From contig NW_005434663.1 of the NCBI RefSeq assembly GCF_000315625.1, positions 959,882 to 1,023,881 on the forward strand: DNA of 64,000 nucleotides. The letters are read 5' to 3'. Position numbers and translations under genes: made by a program. This DNA comes from Guillardia theta CCMP2712. Lineage: Eukaryota; Protista; Cryptophyta. Within the stretch, counting starts at the first letter, position 1. Each line of letters opens with the position of its first letter. Shown here one piece after another: positions 24,601-39,675 of this stretch. The notes under the pieces are model-generated. The model made no database searches. It saw only the letters and a program-made list of their open reading frames with translations, and was not told the origin of the DNA.

Positions 24601-27558
24601 TGAGTACGCCGACGTCGTGCCGGGCTGCGGGGCTTCTGCCGAGCTCGTCGCTTGCTCTGAGTACGCCGACGTCGTGCCGGGCTGCGGGGCTCCTGCCGAG
24701 CTCGTCGCTTGCTCTGAGTACGCCGACGTCGTGCCGGGCTGCGGGGCTCCTGCCGAGCTCGTCGCTTGCTCTGAGTACGCCGACGTCGTGCCGGGCTGCG
24801 GGGCTTCTGCCGAGCTCGTCGCTTGCTCTGAGTACGCCGACGTCGTGCCGGGCTGCGGGGCTTCTGCCGAGCTCGTCGCTTGCTCTGAGTACGCCGACGT
24901 CGTGCCGGGCTGCGGGGCTTCTGCCGAGCTCGTCGCTTGCTCTGAGTACGCCGACGTCGTGCCGGGCTGCGGGGCTTCTGCCGAGCTCGTCGCTTGCTCT
25001 GAGTACGCCGACGTCGTGCCGGGCTGCGGGGCTTCTGCCGAGCTCGTCGCTTGCTCTGAGTACGCCGACGTCGTGCCGGGCTGTGGGGCTTCTGCCGAGC
25101 TCGTCGCTTGCTCTGAGTACGCCGACGTCGTGCCGGGCTGCGGGGCTTCTGCCGAGCTCGTCGCTTGCTCTGAGTACGCCGACGTCGTGCCGGGCTGCGG
25201 GGCTTCTGCCGAGCTCGTCTCTTGTCCAGTCTCCTTTCCGTCTCCCGCGCTGCTCGTCTCCTCAGAGGTCGGCTCAGCGTGGTCGAGCTTGACTCGTCGA
25301 GCGCTGTTGAGGAGAGCTCGAGGTCAAGATGACGCTGGACTCGGTCCCCTCCGAGGAGGTCGAGGCTTCCGCGCTGCTCGTCTCCTCAGAGGTCGGCTCA
25401 GGCGTGGTCGAGCTTGACTCGTCGAGCGCTGTTGAGGAGGAGCTCGAGGTCAAGATGACGCTGGACTCGGTCCCCTCCGAGGAGGTCGAGGCTTCCGCGC
25501 TGCTCGTCTCCTCAGAGGTCGGCTCAGGCGTGGTCGAGCTTGACTCGTCGAGCGCTGTTGAGGAGGAGCTCGAGGTCAAGATGACGCTGGACTCGGTCCC
25601 CTCCGAGGAGTTGAGGCTTCCGCGCTGCTCGTCTCCTCAGAGGTCGGCTCAGGCGTGGTCGAGCTGGCTCGTCGAGCGCTGTTGAGGAGGAGCTCGAGGT
25701 CAAGATGACGCTGGACTCGGTCCCCTCCGAGGAGGTCGAGGCTTCCGCGCTGCTCGTCTCCTCAGAGGTCGGCTCAGGCGTGGTCGAGCTTGACTCGTCG
25801 AGCGCTGTTGAGGAGGAGCTCGAGGTCAAGATGACGCTGGACTCGGTCCCCTCCGAGGAGGTGGAGGTTTGCTGCGGGGCTTCTGCCGAGCTCGTCTCTT
25901 GCTCTGAGTACGCCGACGTCGTGCCGGGCTGCGGGGCTTCTGCCGAGCTCGTCGCTTGCTCTGAGTACGCCGACGTCGTGCCGGGCTGCGGGGCTTCTGC
26001 CGAGCTCGTCTCTTGTCCAGTCTCCTTTCCAGCTCCCGCGCTGCTCGTCTCCTCAGAGGTCGGCTCAGGCGTGGTCGAGCTTGACTCGTCGAGCGCTGTT
26101 GAGGAGGAGCTCGAGGTCAAGATGACGCTGGACTCGGTCCCCTCCGAGGAGGTCGAGGCTTCCGCGCTGCTCGTCTCCTCAGAGGTCGGCTCAGGCGTGG
26201 TCGAGCTTGACTCGTCGAGCGCTGTTGAGGAGGAGCTCGAGGTCAAGATGACGCTGGACTCGGTCCCCTCCGAGGAGGTGGAGGTTTGCTGCGGGGCTTC
26301 TGCCGAGCTCGGCGCTTGCTCTGGGTACGCCGACGTCGTGCCGGGCTGCGGGGCTTCTGCCGAGCTCGTCTCTTGTCCAGTCTCCTTTCCGTCTCCCGCG
26401 CTGCTCGTCTCCTCAGAGGTCGGCTCAGGTGTGGTCGAGCTTGACTCGTCGAGCGCTGTTGAGGAGGAGCTCGAGGTCAAGATGACGCTGGACTCGGTCC
26501 CCTCCGAGGAGGTCGAGGCTTCCGCGCTGCTCGTCTCCTCAGAGGTCGGCTCAGGCGTGGTCGAGCTTGACTCGTCGAGCGCTGTTGAGGAGGAGCTCGA
26601 GGTCAAGATGACGCTGGACTCGGTCCCCTCCGAGGAGGTCGAGGCTTCCGCGCTGCTCGTCTCCTCAGAGGTCGGCTCAGGCGTGGTCGAGCTTGACTCG
26701 TCGAGCGCTGTTGAGGAGGAGCTCGAGGTCAAGATGACGCTGGACTCGGTCCCCTCCGAGGAGGTCGAGGCTTCCGCGCTGCTCGTCTCCTCAGAGGTCG
26801 GCTCAGGCGTGGTCGAGCTTGACTCGTCGAGCGCTGTTGAGGAGGAGCTCGAGGTCAAGATGACGCTGGACTCGGTCCCCTCCGAGGAGGTCGAGGCTTC
26901 CGCGCTGCTCGTCTCCTCAGAGGTCGGCTCAGGCGTGGTCGAGCTTGACTCGTCGAGCGCTGTTGAGGAGGAGCTCGAGGTCAAGATGACGCTGGACTCG
27001 GTCCCCTGCGAGGAGGTCGAGGCTTCCGCGCTGCTCGTCTCCTCAGAGGTCGGCTCAGGCGTGGTCGAGCTTGACTCGTCGAGCGCTGTTGAGGAGGAGC
27101 TCGAGGTCAAGATGACGCTGGACTCGGTCCCCTGCGAGGGGGTTGAGGCAGATGGTAAAGAATGTAGAGGAGTTGTAGTAAATTCTTCGCTTACATTGGT
27201 TGCCGGCGAGCTTGAGATTGAAGACAAAAGTAGGCTTGTTGTGCTTGGGGAGAATGGTAATACCATGGAGGCAATAGACGTATCTTGATGCTCTGTTGAT
27301 TCAAACAAATCAGATTCTCAATGAACAAAGAAAACATCTTATTTGCTTCAATAGATAAGAGTTTGTTGGTGATGCCCGATTCACGTGGAATTTGTATCGT
27401 CAATCATCGCATTCACAACAGGCACAAGTAAATTCTGCAGCAAAGGTAAACATACATCTGAGCACGATACCTTGAGCGCTTGCGATGTGAAAAACCACGT
27501 ACAACGATAAGACGCGAAGATGAAGAAACAATCCTTTGAAGCAGCTCGACCGTGCCAT
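21691..27558 (-). CDS. Giant mucin-like type I membrane protein: signal peptide, Ser/Thr tandem repeats, Myxococcus-type Cys-rich repeat, EGF-like, ZU5-like domain, TM, cytoplasmic tail
   Basis: MARSSCFKGLFLHLRVLSLYVVFHIASAQ leader; 42-aa and 19-aa S/T/E repeats; CGDGVIGWDEGCDDGN...DGCSSSC; CVCPVGRFGFQC; SLPPGA...VFEPSGIFFDSPV...HFS; TM LGLILGLVGGGFGVFITISASAAAY. Small indels at 25270-25670 break the frame. Confidence 0.8.
23815..25222. repeat. 57-bp coding tandem repeat, about 24-25 near-identical copies (TSSAEAPQPGTTSAYSEQA on minus strand)
   Basis: GTCGTGCCGGGCTGCGGGGCT(T/C)CTGCCGAGCTCGTCGCTTGCTCTGAGTACGCCGAC repeated. Confidence 0.97.
25223..27140. repeat. 126-bp coding tandem repeat (42 aa) interleaved with a few 57-bp units
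   Basis: ATGACGCTGGACTCGG recurs at 126-bp spacing (e.g. 25329, 25455). Confidence 0.96.
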
Positions 27559-28368
27559 CTTCTCGCCCTGTGCTCCCATCCTCTGTCCCATTGTTTTCGA
27601 GACACGTTCGATACCTTCACCCTCCCTTCGGAATTACGGTGGAACTACCCCTACCCCTCACCCAGATCACCCCACCTACATGATTCAATCAGACAATGGA
27701 CAGCTACCCCTCATTCATGGGTGTACAGCATACCACCCCTTCTGTCCCACCCCTGCACTATCTCAGATCGGCACTGCAACCAAGTACTCACTTAACCCTT
27801 GCCATCACCCCACCCCCCTCATTGACCCCTCCGCTGCCTCTCTCACCCGTTCCAGCTGCACAATACTTAATAAAACTTTGGCAAAGGTCACTACCCTACC
27901 CGCATTTTCCCCAAATCCGTAAAGTTGAAGGACCCCTCAGTGGATGCATACGACCCCTCATCATCCGACATCACCCACTTCAGCTGGCTTTTGCTTCGCA
28001 CAAGTGACCCCCACCCTACCTATGTTCCAACCCCCCACCCGAAGTTACTGATGGCGTTGCCGCCACGTGCTAGCCAGATCCGCGGCACCTCGGCATCTCC
28101 CGTCGAGCCTCATAAGGCGAAAGTCCAACCTACACCCCCTGGCTCAATCCGCCGTGCCGACAGCGGCCAGCTGACGGGTCGATGTGGGGTAGTCTAGCAC
28201 TCTCAAAACTGGAAGTTTCCACTACGCCCACCCAGTTCAGCTGCCGCCAGTAAGTTAGTACCATACCTTCTAGGAGGGTCCTATGGGGTCAGAGGGGGGG
28301 TCTCATTTAAGGCTCACCCCCGTTTGTGACTCTGGTTTTACGACATGATCGGGTTGGGAACAGAGGGT

Positions 28369-28645
28369 GACTAAAATGATTCTTCGACTAAAATGATTCT
28401 TGGACCTTTATTGACTAAAATGATTCTTCGTGACTCAAATGCTTTTATTGACTAAAATGATTCTTCGACCTTTATTGACTCAAATGATTCTTCGACCTTT
28501 ATTGACTAAAATGCTTGTATTGACTAAAATGATTCTTCGACCTTTATTGACTAAAATGATTCTTCGACCTTTATTGACTAAAATGCCTGTATTGACTAAA
28601 ATGATTCTTCGACCTGGAGTGACTAAAATGATTCTTCGACCTTGA
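28369..28645. repeat. GACTAAAATG-headed tandem array of 27- and 18-bp units with a ~72-bp higher-order period
   Basis: GACTAAAATGATTCTTCGACCTTTATT (27) and GACTAAAATGCTTGTATT (18) arranged 18-27-27. Confidence 0.93.
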
Positions 28646-29160
28646 GGCGAGCTAAAAAAAAAGGGCGCAATGGGGGTCGTACGGTAATAATGCTCGGAAC
28701 TCCGACCTGAAGGCCGCGATCTTGACACTGTAAGTATCAGTTAAGTCTGTGGGGCAGCAGTCGGGCGGCTAAGCGGTGGTTCTCTGTCTTTTAGTCGTCA
28801 AAGGCAAGGCTTCTTCCCACAATATAACTTAACTTTGAGTAAAAGATCTGGTAGTAGTACCGTAGTCATCGTAGAAGATCTTCCTCTGCCGGTACCTTAT
28901 CGAACCTCGTTGACTAAAACGGTTCGGGGGCCAGTCAAAAACTGTACATAGGGAATGACCGAAGCGCGATGGGGGGCAAGAAACCGCGAGAGAGGAGAGG
29001 CGAGGGAGGAGGGAAGAAGGGGAGCTAGATGATGAGGGGGGCAAGGAGGGGAGGAGAATATCACATTGATGCCTTGAATTGCTTCTGATATCTCACAATC
29101 TGTTCGCATATTGTATTCTTCTATTGAATGCAACCTCATTGGTTGGCTGACAGGAACTGG

Positions 29161-30312
29161 ATGGAGGCGACTATTGGATTTGAGGTTTTTCTTTCATCAT
29201 GCTGTTCGCCTGTCTCACATCCGCTGGATTTTAGGTGAAAAACACAAATGAAGGCGTCGGCAAAGCTACACCAGCAGGTGCTTTTTCCCTTTCTCCTAGA
29301 AATGCGTCTTGGTGGTGATGCACTGGCGAGCTGATGACCTTGCACAGAAGCTGTTGATGTATCCCTGTGGTGGGTTGATGACATCCACCCGTCATCAGGC
29401 AGCGACAGCGAGGCATCGCCCTTATGGTGAGCAAGAGAGGAGGAGAAAGGAAGAGTAAAAGGGAGGAGGAGGAAGGGCAATGAAGTGGCTGAGTGCTGTT
29501 GAAGGTATTTGGGGAGGGAGAAGTCGCTGGATCTCCAGGCAAAGCTGTGCGAGTCGTCGGAGTACTGGAAGGAGTACGACTGGCTGTCAGAAAGAGAGCT
29601 GAACAGGTCTGAATGTCGGTACAGCTGGGATCGTTGCAGTCATCATGCTCTCCAGTCGATGATAGGATGTCCCAATGAGTTCGAGGAAAGGAAGGAGAAA
29701 GAGGAGAAAAACAGAAAGCAGCGTTCGCTGAAGCTTGAGAAGTCGATGGATGAGATGGAGATGAAGGAGAGCAGAACGAGGATCAAACTTGGGGCTCTCT
29801 GCAATGACAACTCGATGAGCTCTAGAGGCAACTTGTTCCTTTGGTCTGCGACGAGTCAGTTCCTGCGCATCGTGGGCTGCGCATGCGATCTTTCTGCCCG
29901 TGCTCGTCAGCGTCTCGTGCTGATGCCGAGGAGAGGGAGAGGAGAGCTCAGTGCTCCGATGCGCCTTAGTGTGCAAGTCGATCCTCTTCCAAACGTGAGG
30001 GTGCAGAAGAGGTTGTGCATGGCTGGAGATGTTGGGGAACAGATCTTGGACAGAAAGGGGAGGGCGAGGATAGTGAGAACGGCCAGCAACACAGAGGAAT
30101 CAAGCACAATAGAAGATATCATGTTCGATTTATACTTTCTGAGCGAGAGCAGCGCACGGAGTTGGATGCTTCAAGGTTTGCGCTCCTCCTTCTTCTCCTG
30201 CTCGAGCTTTGGGGAGTGGATCACCTTCGCTTCCGATGATGAAAACGCTGGAGAGGAGGAGAGAGAGAGAGATGAAAACCGCAGGTCTTCTGCAATCGTT
30301 GTTGGTGTGTGA
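29161..30312 (+). CDS. Hypothetical multi-exon protein
   Basis: MEATIGFE|VKNTNEG...|EAVDVSLWWV...PLW|YLGREK splices into ORF 29509..30312. Confidence 0.5.
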
Positions 30313-30444
30313 GTGTCTGAGTAGGATGGAGGTGTGAAGATTTGAATGAAAGAGGTGGAACGGTGACAAACATGACAAGGCACATGCTGATTAAGAAGAA
30401 TATTGATGACAAGCAGCTACGCAACAACAACCCGCAACGTCATC

Positions 30445-32866
30445 TTATATCCCAGCATCCTCCTCCTCCAACTTGAAGATCTCTTCAAATTGTTGGAATA
30501 AATTCTGCTCGATGTCGCTGGTTGAGTTTGGGAGCAACTCTACTTCATCTGCCAATGCAGTTACCACCGAGAGAGAACGGCTTCACGTGACTTACACATG
30601 TCATTGACTGTCTTGAGAAATCTAGTCACGATGAGGTGCATGTGCATGAAAGCTTTCTTCGCCAACAGAAACTCATTCTCAACCCTCGCGATGTTGTCTT
30701 GGAGAAGTCTCTTGAGACGAACAAACTCTGAATGCAATTGTGACATCGAACATCAAACGAGAATTCAAGTGATCAAAGTTAGCAACAGAGCATGTGTCAC
30801 CTTCCTTCCAACCTCGTGTGAAAGCATCAAGAATCTGTGAGGTGGCAGTCAGCTGAAGGACAAGAAGCTTTAGGGTCAACCTCCTTCGCCTTCTCCTTGG
30901 TGAGCGATGGCTCGCCCCCCTCCCCTTCGCCCTCCTCCACTTGCAAGTATCTCTTCATCTCGGCGCTCAATTCCAAAAATCTCTTTCCCAGGACTGCGGG
31001 GATCAAGACATTGGTTTGCTCATCCAAGAGCATTCGGAGAGGAAGGCAAGACTGCGCAGGCAGGCCAATCTCATAGTAGGCCTGCAAGATATGATCGAAC
31101 TGGTTGAAGGCAAAGAAATTCCCCTGCAGTCCAGAGCCCATGGCGTTCTTCATCTCCTTGACCACCTTCTCCAGCTCTTTGATCATGTACTTGTTCGTCG
31201 CTTTCGCCATCTGCACTGAGTTCGCGTTCAGACGCGTCTGGATGTCCAGCAGGGCCGAGCTGAGCTCTGCAAACCGCAACGTGAGGACATGGACGTCCTT
31301 CGTAGAGCTTCGGCTGGTGAGAGCATGGAGACTCGCCGACCTGACCGAGTCCATCTGTAGCTGGACCGCGTGCTTGAACCTGGGCCATACCAGCATGGAG
31401 AACTGGAGAAAGAAATCCTGAAAGATATCTTCTTCCTCCGCCGCACCTGCTTCTTCGGCGACATTCATCTTCTCTGAGATCTTCGACTGAGCAACTTGGA
31501 CGCAGTAAATCATGAGAAGGATGGCGATGGGGTCGACGCAGCTCTTGACCATGACGCTCACACCCTCCTTGATGACCTCGAGGGTCTGGCTGAGGAGCTT
31601 CGCGTACATCTCCTTCGATCTCCGTGGGAAGAGAGAAGAGGCAAACTCATGCTCCGACAGCACCATGTCGACCAGATTCTGCATAATCGCTTGCAAGACA
31701 AGCTCCGGCGGCGAAGAGACGCCCTCCTCCTCATCACACTCCACATACTGCATAATATGGTCCAGCCTTCCTCCCAGCGAGAAAGTCGAGTGGTCAGACT
31801 GGCCCCTCTCGGACCGGAAGTGGAAGGACTTCAACTTGTCGGGGATGAGCCTGGAGGGGAACCTGCTCTTGACCTCGGAGATGTCGATAAGTCGATGGTC
31901 CGCACGGATGACCTCTCTGATGGAGCTCTGACGCACTCGGAACTCCGATCGGAAGTGCGCCGACAGGATCCCTCCCATGGTCTCGAAGTACTTGCTCATC
32001 ACCTCCCGGTAGACTTCCTCGTGATGGTCGAGGAGGAACTTGACAAACGCGCAATCCTTCCTCAGCTTGTCTTGACCCTCTTGATGTTGCTTCTTGATGG
32101 CCGACGAGCCTTGTGAGTGGCTCAGGTTGAAGGTGTGCAGGAAGGGATGATCAGAGTCAAGGCTGCGGATCTTTCTCAGCAGGTGATCCCTCAGTCGGTC
32201 TACAGCCTTGGACTTCAAACGATCCAGCAGCGGCTTCACGTGGTCGACAGCAACTCGGCCCTTGTTCAGGTGCGGATCAAGGAAGCTGAGTTTCGCCTCT
32301 AGGGTCTGCAGATGCTCTATCATACCATCGTTGATCTCCCCTTCGTGGATCGCTCTTGCCAGCCCAGGAGGCATCGCGATCCCGTCAATGAGAGCTGCGA
32401 GCCTCTGCTCCGCGCTCTTGCGATTGTTCGCAAGCACTTCCAGCGAGTTGGCCCGTCGCTTCATGTCCATGATGGTGTTTCCCATCCCCCCCAGCTCCGA
32501 CTGGCAGGTCGTCAACACGTCCTCGAACGTCTTCAGCATCTCGTCGCATGCCTCGATGTGCAGTCGCAGCTCTGCCACTCCAGAGCTCTGCCTCACGTAG
32601 TCTTCAATGCTCTCTGCTTCCGTCTGTCGAAGGTCTGCTTCCAGCTTCTGCGCATACTGCCACAAGTCGCCTCCTCCCACCTTCAGCGCGTCTCCTATCA
32701 CGTCATCGTCTCCATACCTCACCAGCTCCTCCTTGATGGAGTCTGGATCGTTCAGGATGTCCATGACTTCCTTGTCATCGGAGGTGAAGCCGGGCTGATC
32801 CTCCAAATGCGCCTCCAGTATGCTGTCGGAAGGATCTCCCTCCATCACCATCACTCCCTCGCTCAC
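30445..32866 (-). CDS. VPS52: VPS52/Sac2, GARP complex subunit
   Basis: DLWQYAQKLEADL...ESIEDY...IEACDEML...NNRKSAEQRL...PP; DPIAILLMI; LVWPRF; H.LTLRFAEL. A further 5' exon is possible. Confidence 0.88.
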
Positions 32867-33052
32867 TCGCTCAGCCGCACCATGAGTTCCTCTTGCTCAT
32901 CCCATCAGAATGCATCAGAGCATGAGTCGTTTTCTTCCAACCGCAAGTTCTTCAGTTCTTCTGCTCGAGTTGTCTCCTCCTTGAGCTTCGACGTTGTATA
33001 GCTCACCCTACATTCTGCCAGGACCGCTGGAATGGCAGCAGTTCCTTAGGCG

Positions 33053-33112
<60 letters not shown>
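33053..33112. repeat. (GGACGA)n microsatellite
   Basis: Perfect hexamer run. Confidence 0.95.
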
Positions 33113-33113
<1 letters not shown>

Positions 33114-33258
33114 CTGGGGAGCTGAGGGTGGGAGCAGGCGGGGGAGAAAGGGAGGAGGGGGAGCAGCGGAGGTAGGCGAGGGCAGAAAGTAATACTACTG
33201 AATCATTTAGTGTTGCAATTTCACTGCCCTGGACTTTCGCAAAGTTGTCAAACCTGTC

Positions 33259-36200
33259 ATGGCAGATTCGCCGTTGTCCGCTTCAGACAAGTTGGAACGA
33301 TGGTACGAATGCGTAGCAAAGTATCTTGATCCTCCTGCTTCCTGCTCCTCCTGCTCCTCCTCTCTCGCTCCCGCTCCTGCTCCTGCTCCTCCTGCTTCCT
33401 GCTCCTCCTGCCCCCCCCCCCCCCCCACACACACACACACCTCGCCCCCCCTTCCTCGTTATCGTCGATGCCATAATCATCATCATCATCATCATCCTCA
33501 TCCTCGTCTCCACGTCTGCATTTTGCTTCCTCCCTAGACCACTTCAGATTGTTTCACGATTCTTATATGATAGTTCGACAGCCAGGAGGTAGTTGATCTG
33601 ATCAAATCCAACAAGCAGCAAGTTGCAGAAGTGAAATGGCAACGTGAGAGACTGCTCTTGGTCTTGTCAAGAATGTACTTCACCATCAAGACATACACGA
33701 ACACAGAAGCAGATCTGAAGTTCAACACAATCAGTGAGAGAATGAATGTACTTGTTTGACTGTGACGCTTTCCGCCTTAGAATTTGAGGAGCTCCAAACA
33801 GTGGCTGACGAGATATCATCATGCTTAGAGAAGACATGGTCTGAAAATCGCTTTTTGAAGAAGAAGTTGGACAATGTGCAAGACCTCTGTGACAAGTATC
33901 AGACAAGGATCAGTGAGTTAGAAGAAAGATCAGCGGTGCTTGAGAAGGCTGTGGACATATATCAGAGGCAGACAGCACGAAAACCAAATGCTCTTGCACA
34001 TGACTTGAGGTTTGATCGCCTGATAGAGGACATGAGGAAATCGGATCTGAAGGAGAGTGCACGGCTGATGGAGGTTTGCGGTCTGGCATCTGTGGTAGAA
34101 TGAATCTGACTGGTTGCCATACTTTCAGCTGCTAGGAGTCTCATTGCAAAACAATCGCAACATGCGCAAGGTAGATAAGTGATGCCTTCTCAAGTTGAAG
34201 GTTCATCTTGGATTTGCAGGATTTGGACGAACTAGAAATGAAGTTGAGAGCGACGGAGGCAACAAGTGAGAAGAAGGAGGAGAAGATGACTAGGATGGAA
34301 GAAGAGATGAATGTCTTGCGAGAAAGCAATGCACGACTTACGGAGGATGTATCTGGGGTGAGACGATGACTTTTGCTTGCTCAAGTAACTTGCATGCAAG
34401 GGTGATAAGAGGCGGAAAGACATCGTGAATGATAAGACGAGGATCGAACTTCTCCTGTGCAAGATCAAGTTCAGGAGGCAGGAATGGTCCCGTGCACAGG
34501 CATCATGGATGTATGGGATGAGGGGGAAAGTTGCAGTCAATCCTTACTTGCAATGTTGGAAGACCTTTACATCGTCATGCAAATACAGGTCATTTTGTCA
34601 TCGGTTTCTTACCAAGGGATTCTGTCGGAATGTGTGGAGAAAGTTTGTTGGTGGTTGGATGGCAGTCACCAGGTGGAAATTGATGGGTCAGAATAAGGTT
34701 GCAAAGCACAGGAAGTATAGGATGCACGTGATGAAATGCGCAACCTTCCAAGATTGCAGGATAAACACATGTCACATGAGACACACGAGAAGGAAAGCGA
34801 TCAACATGCGGTCCAGGTTGGAGAGCAACATCATGTCCCACACGATGAGACGGTGGATGTTCTGCCATTTCCGGAACTCCATGGGGAGATTACGAGCGTT
34901 GAGGGCAAGGAACGATAAACTCGAGTCGGTCGCTACGTCTTCTCACTTGCGCAAGTTCAAACTTTCTTCGTTCCTCTCCTGGCTGTCGTGGCACAGAAGG
35001 TCCATGTTTATCAAGCGGAGCATCCTTAGAATTCTGCGATCGGCGTACCTGCAGCTCATGGCAAGAGCAACGTCGCAGTGGAGATGTCAGACAGGTTTGA
35101 ACAAGGGCCATGCAAGCAGAGTCAGGCAAACTTCCGTCCAAGTCTCTCTGGAGGACTCTGTGCATGAAAACATCACAGTCCCTGACGATGTGCCTCATAT
35201 CACTGACGCTGTTCGAGTGAGCTATGAATCTTCACCCCCTCCCCGTCCGTTGTCCTCTCCGCTCCTCTCTCCTCCTCTCCCTGTTGCTCCTCTCACCTCT
35301 CTCCTCTCGGGTCTTCTCCCTTTTCCTTCCCTCTTCCTCTCCCCTTACGTCTTCGCTTCTCACTTCCACTCCTTCCCTCCTCCTTCCCTCCTCCCTCCCT
35401 GCTCCTCTAATGCTCTTGCAGATGGCAAAGTTCGGGTCGCGGATTCTGCTTCGCGCCGGCAAATACACGTGGGAAGGATCTCTAGTGATCCAGGGAGGCA
35501 TGAAGATTGTCGGGGAGAGCAACAACATAGGGGTCGTGCTGGAGGGAAGTGTGGTGCTGATGCCGAGCAGAGGAGTGATGGAGAGGGAAGGGACATTCGA
35601 AAATGTCTGCTACTTGACCTGTGTTTTCCGCCTTGACGGATGTCAGGTGACGTTCTTGAGCGACAAGGTCACGATCAACGTGCAGGGAGGGCAGTGGAAC
35701 TTCAAAGGGTGCGCACTTCTCCCCTGCTCTCGTGCGCTCACGGAGGCCTCGTCCTTCCTGCAGCTGCAACATGCTGGCGCATGAAGGAGGATCGGCAGTC
35801 GTGTGCTTCCACAACTCGCAGGCGAGCCCCCCTGTCTCTCTCGTGCTGGTCTGACATGTGCAGCAAGGTTGCCTGCTCCAAGTGCATCATAGGAGGTGCC
35901 AGCCTTGAGAACTTTGGGTTGATGAAGCAGGAGGCGCTGCTCGCCATCGGCAAGTACCGCAACAGTCACCTCCTGACCGCTGCTACCGCAAACTTCGCGC
36001 TCATTCAGAGCGGCAGCTCACGGTAGACGACCTTCCTCCTGCCTTCCCCTCTAACATGATCGCAGGGTGTCCTTGCACGAGAGCAGGGTCGACAACTCGA
36101 CCTTTTGCGTGTTCCTCCAGGAAGCATCCTCCTTCGCTGGGCAGGACACCGTCTTGTGCTCGCAAGGGAACGTGCTCAAGGTTCACAGCTTCGCCTCCTC

Positions 36201-36486
36201 CGTGTCGGTCCAGGTGCGAGAACCAACTGCGAGCTACTCTCCAGCTGAGACAGAGCAGATGCTCGGGTGCGTCCTCATCTCTCGAGGAGGGTTCATCTTC
36301 CAGATCGACTCCAGCAGCGTCTCAACCATCGTCTCTCTCTCCTCGTGCTCGGTACCACCCGTCCTTCCCGCCCTCTACTTCATCCTCCCCTCCACTGCTC
36401 TCCGTCCCTCCTCTTCATGCCAGGTAGCTGACGACTCGGCAGCTGCAAGGGCACCTGTGGGAGCATCTGCCATGGAAGGACATTGA
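33259..36486 (+). CDS. Hypothetical protein: N-terminal coiled coil, Sfi1-like basic region, C-terminal beta-helix-like domain
   Basis: Exon chain with coiled coil (ENRFLKKKLD...ELEER), W-rich basic repeats, GSRILLRAGKYTW...IVGE. Confidence 0.55.
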
Positions 36487-36662
36487 GTTCTTCGAGTGCA
36501 GCCATGTGGAGAGAATGAGACCGTGAGCAGGACAAGGACGGAAGGAGAACGAGGGGAGAGGAGAGGAAACGACGGGAGGAGGGGAAGGGAGGAGATGGGA
36601 AGTCAAGAGGGGAAGAGAGGGGAGATGGAGGTAGCTCGGAAATCTCGCGTCGTCGTGATGAT

Positions 36663-39305
<2,643 letters not shown>

Positions 39306-39675
39306 GTTGGAAAAGTTTGCCCGAGCAACCCTCCTCGCCTCCTCCTCGCCAACCCAAGGCCTGTTCATTCCACCCCTTTCAGCTGGACGGAAGGAACACC
39401 CAATACACGAGTATATCATCTAACAACATCGAGCTACAGAATTGTTCTCGTATTCCCTCCTTTCTCTCCTCTCCTCTCTCCTCTCCTCCCACAAACTCTC
39501 GCCCTGCCCCTGCCCCGTCCCTCCTCCCGCCTCCATTCCTGCTATCGCACGCCATGCGGGACAAAAAGATTAGTTATATCATGCTACGGCAGGAACCGTG
39601 AAACAAAGCTCGCCTCGGAATGACAACAATTGTCCCTCATCCCCGCCATAATCCATCATTCGCGCCACTCCCGCC

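Noticed and set aside
23754-27288. Long plus-strand ORFs (512, 532 and 527 aa)
   Set aside because: Antisense shadows of stop-free tandem repeats; the minus strand has the signal peptide, domains and TM
28369-28645. CRISPR-like array
   Set aside because: No unique spacers, no cas genes, eukaryotic context
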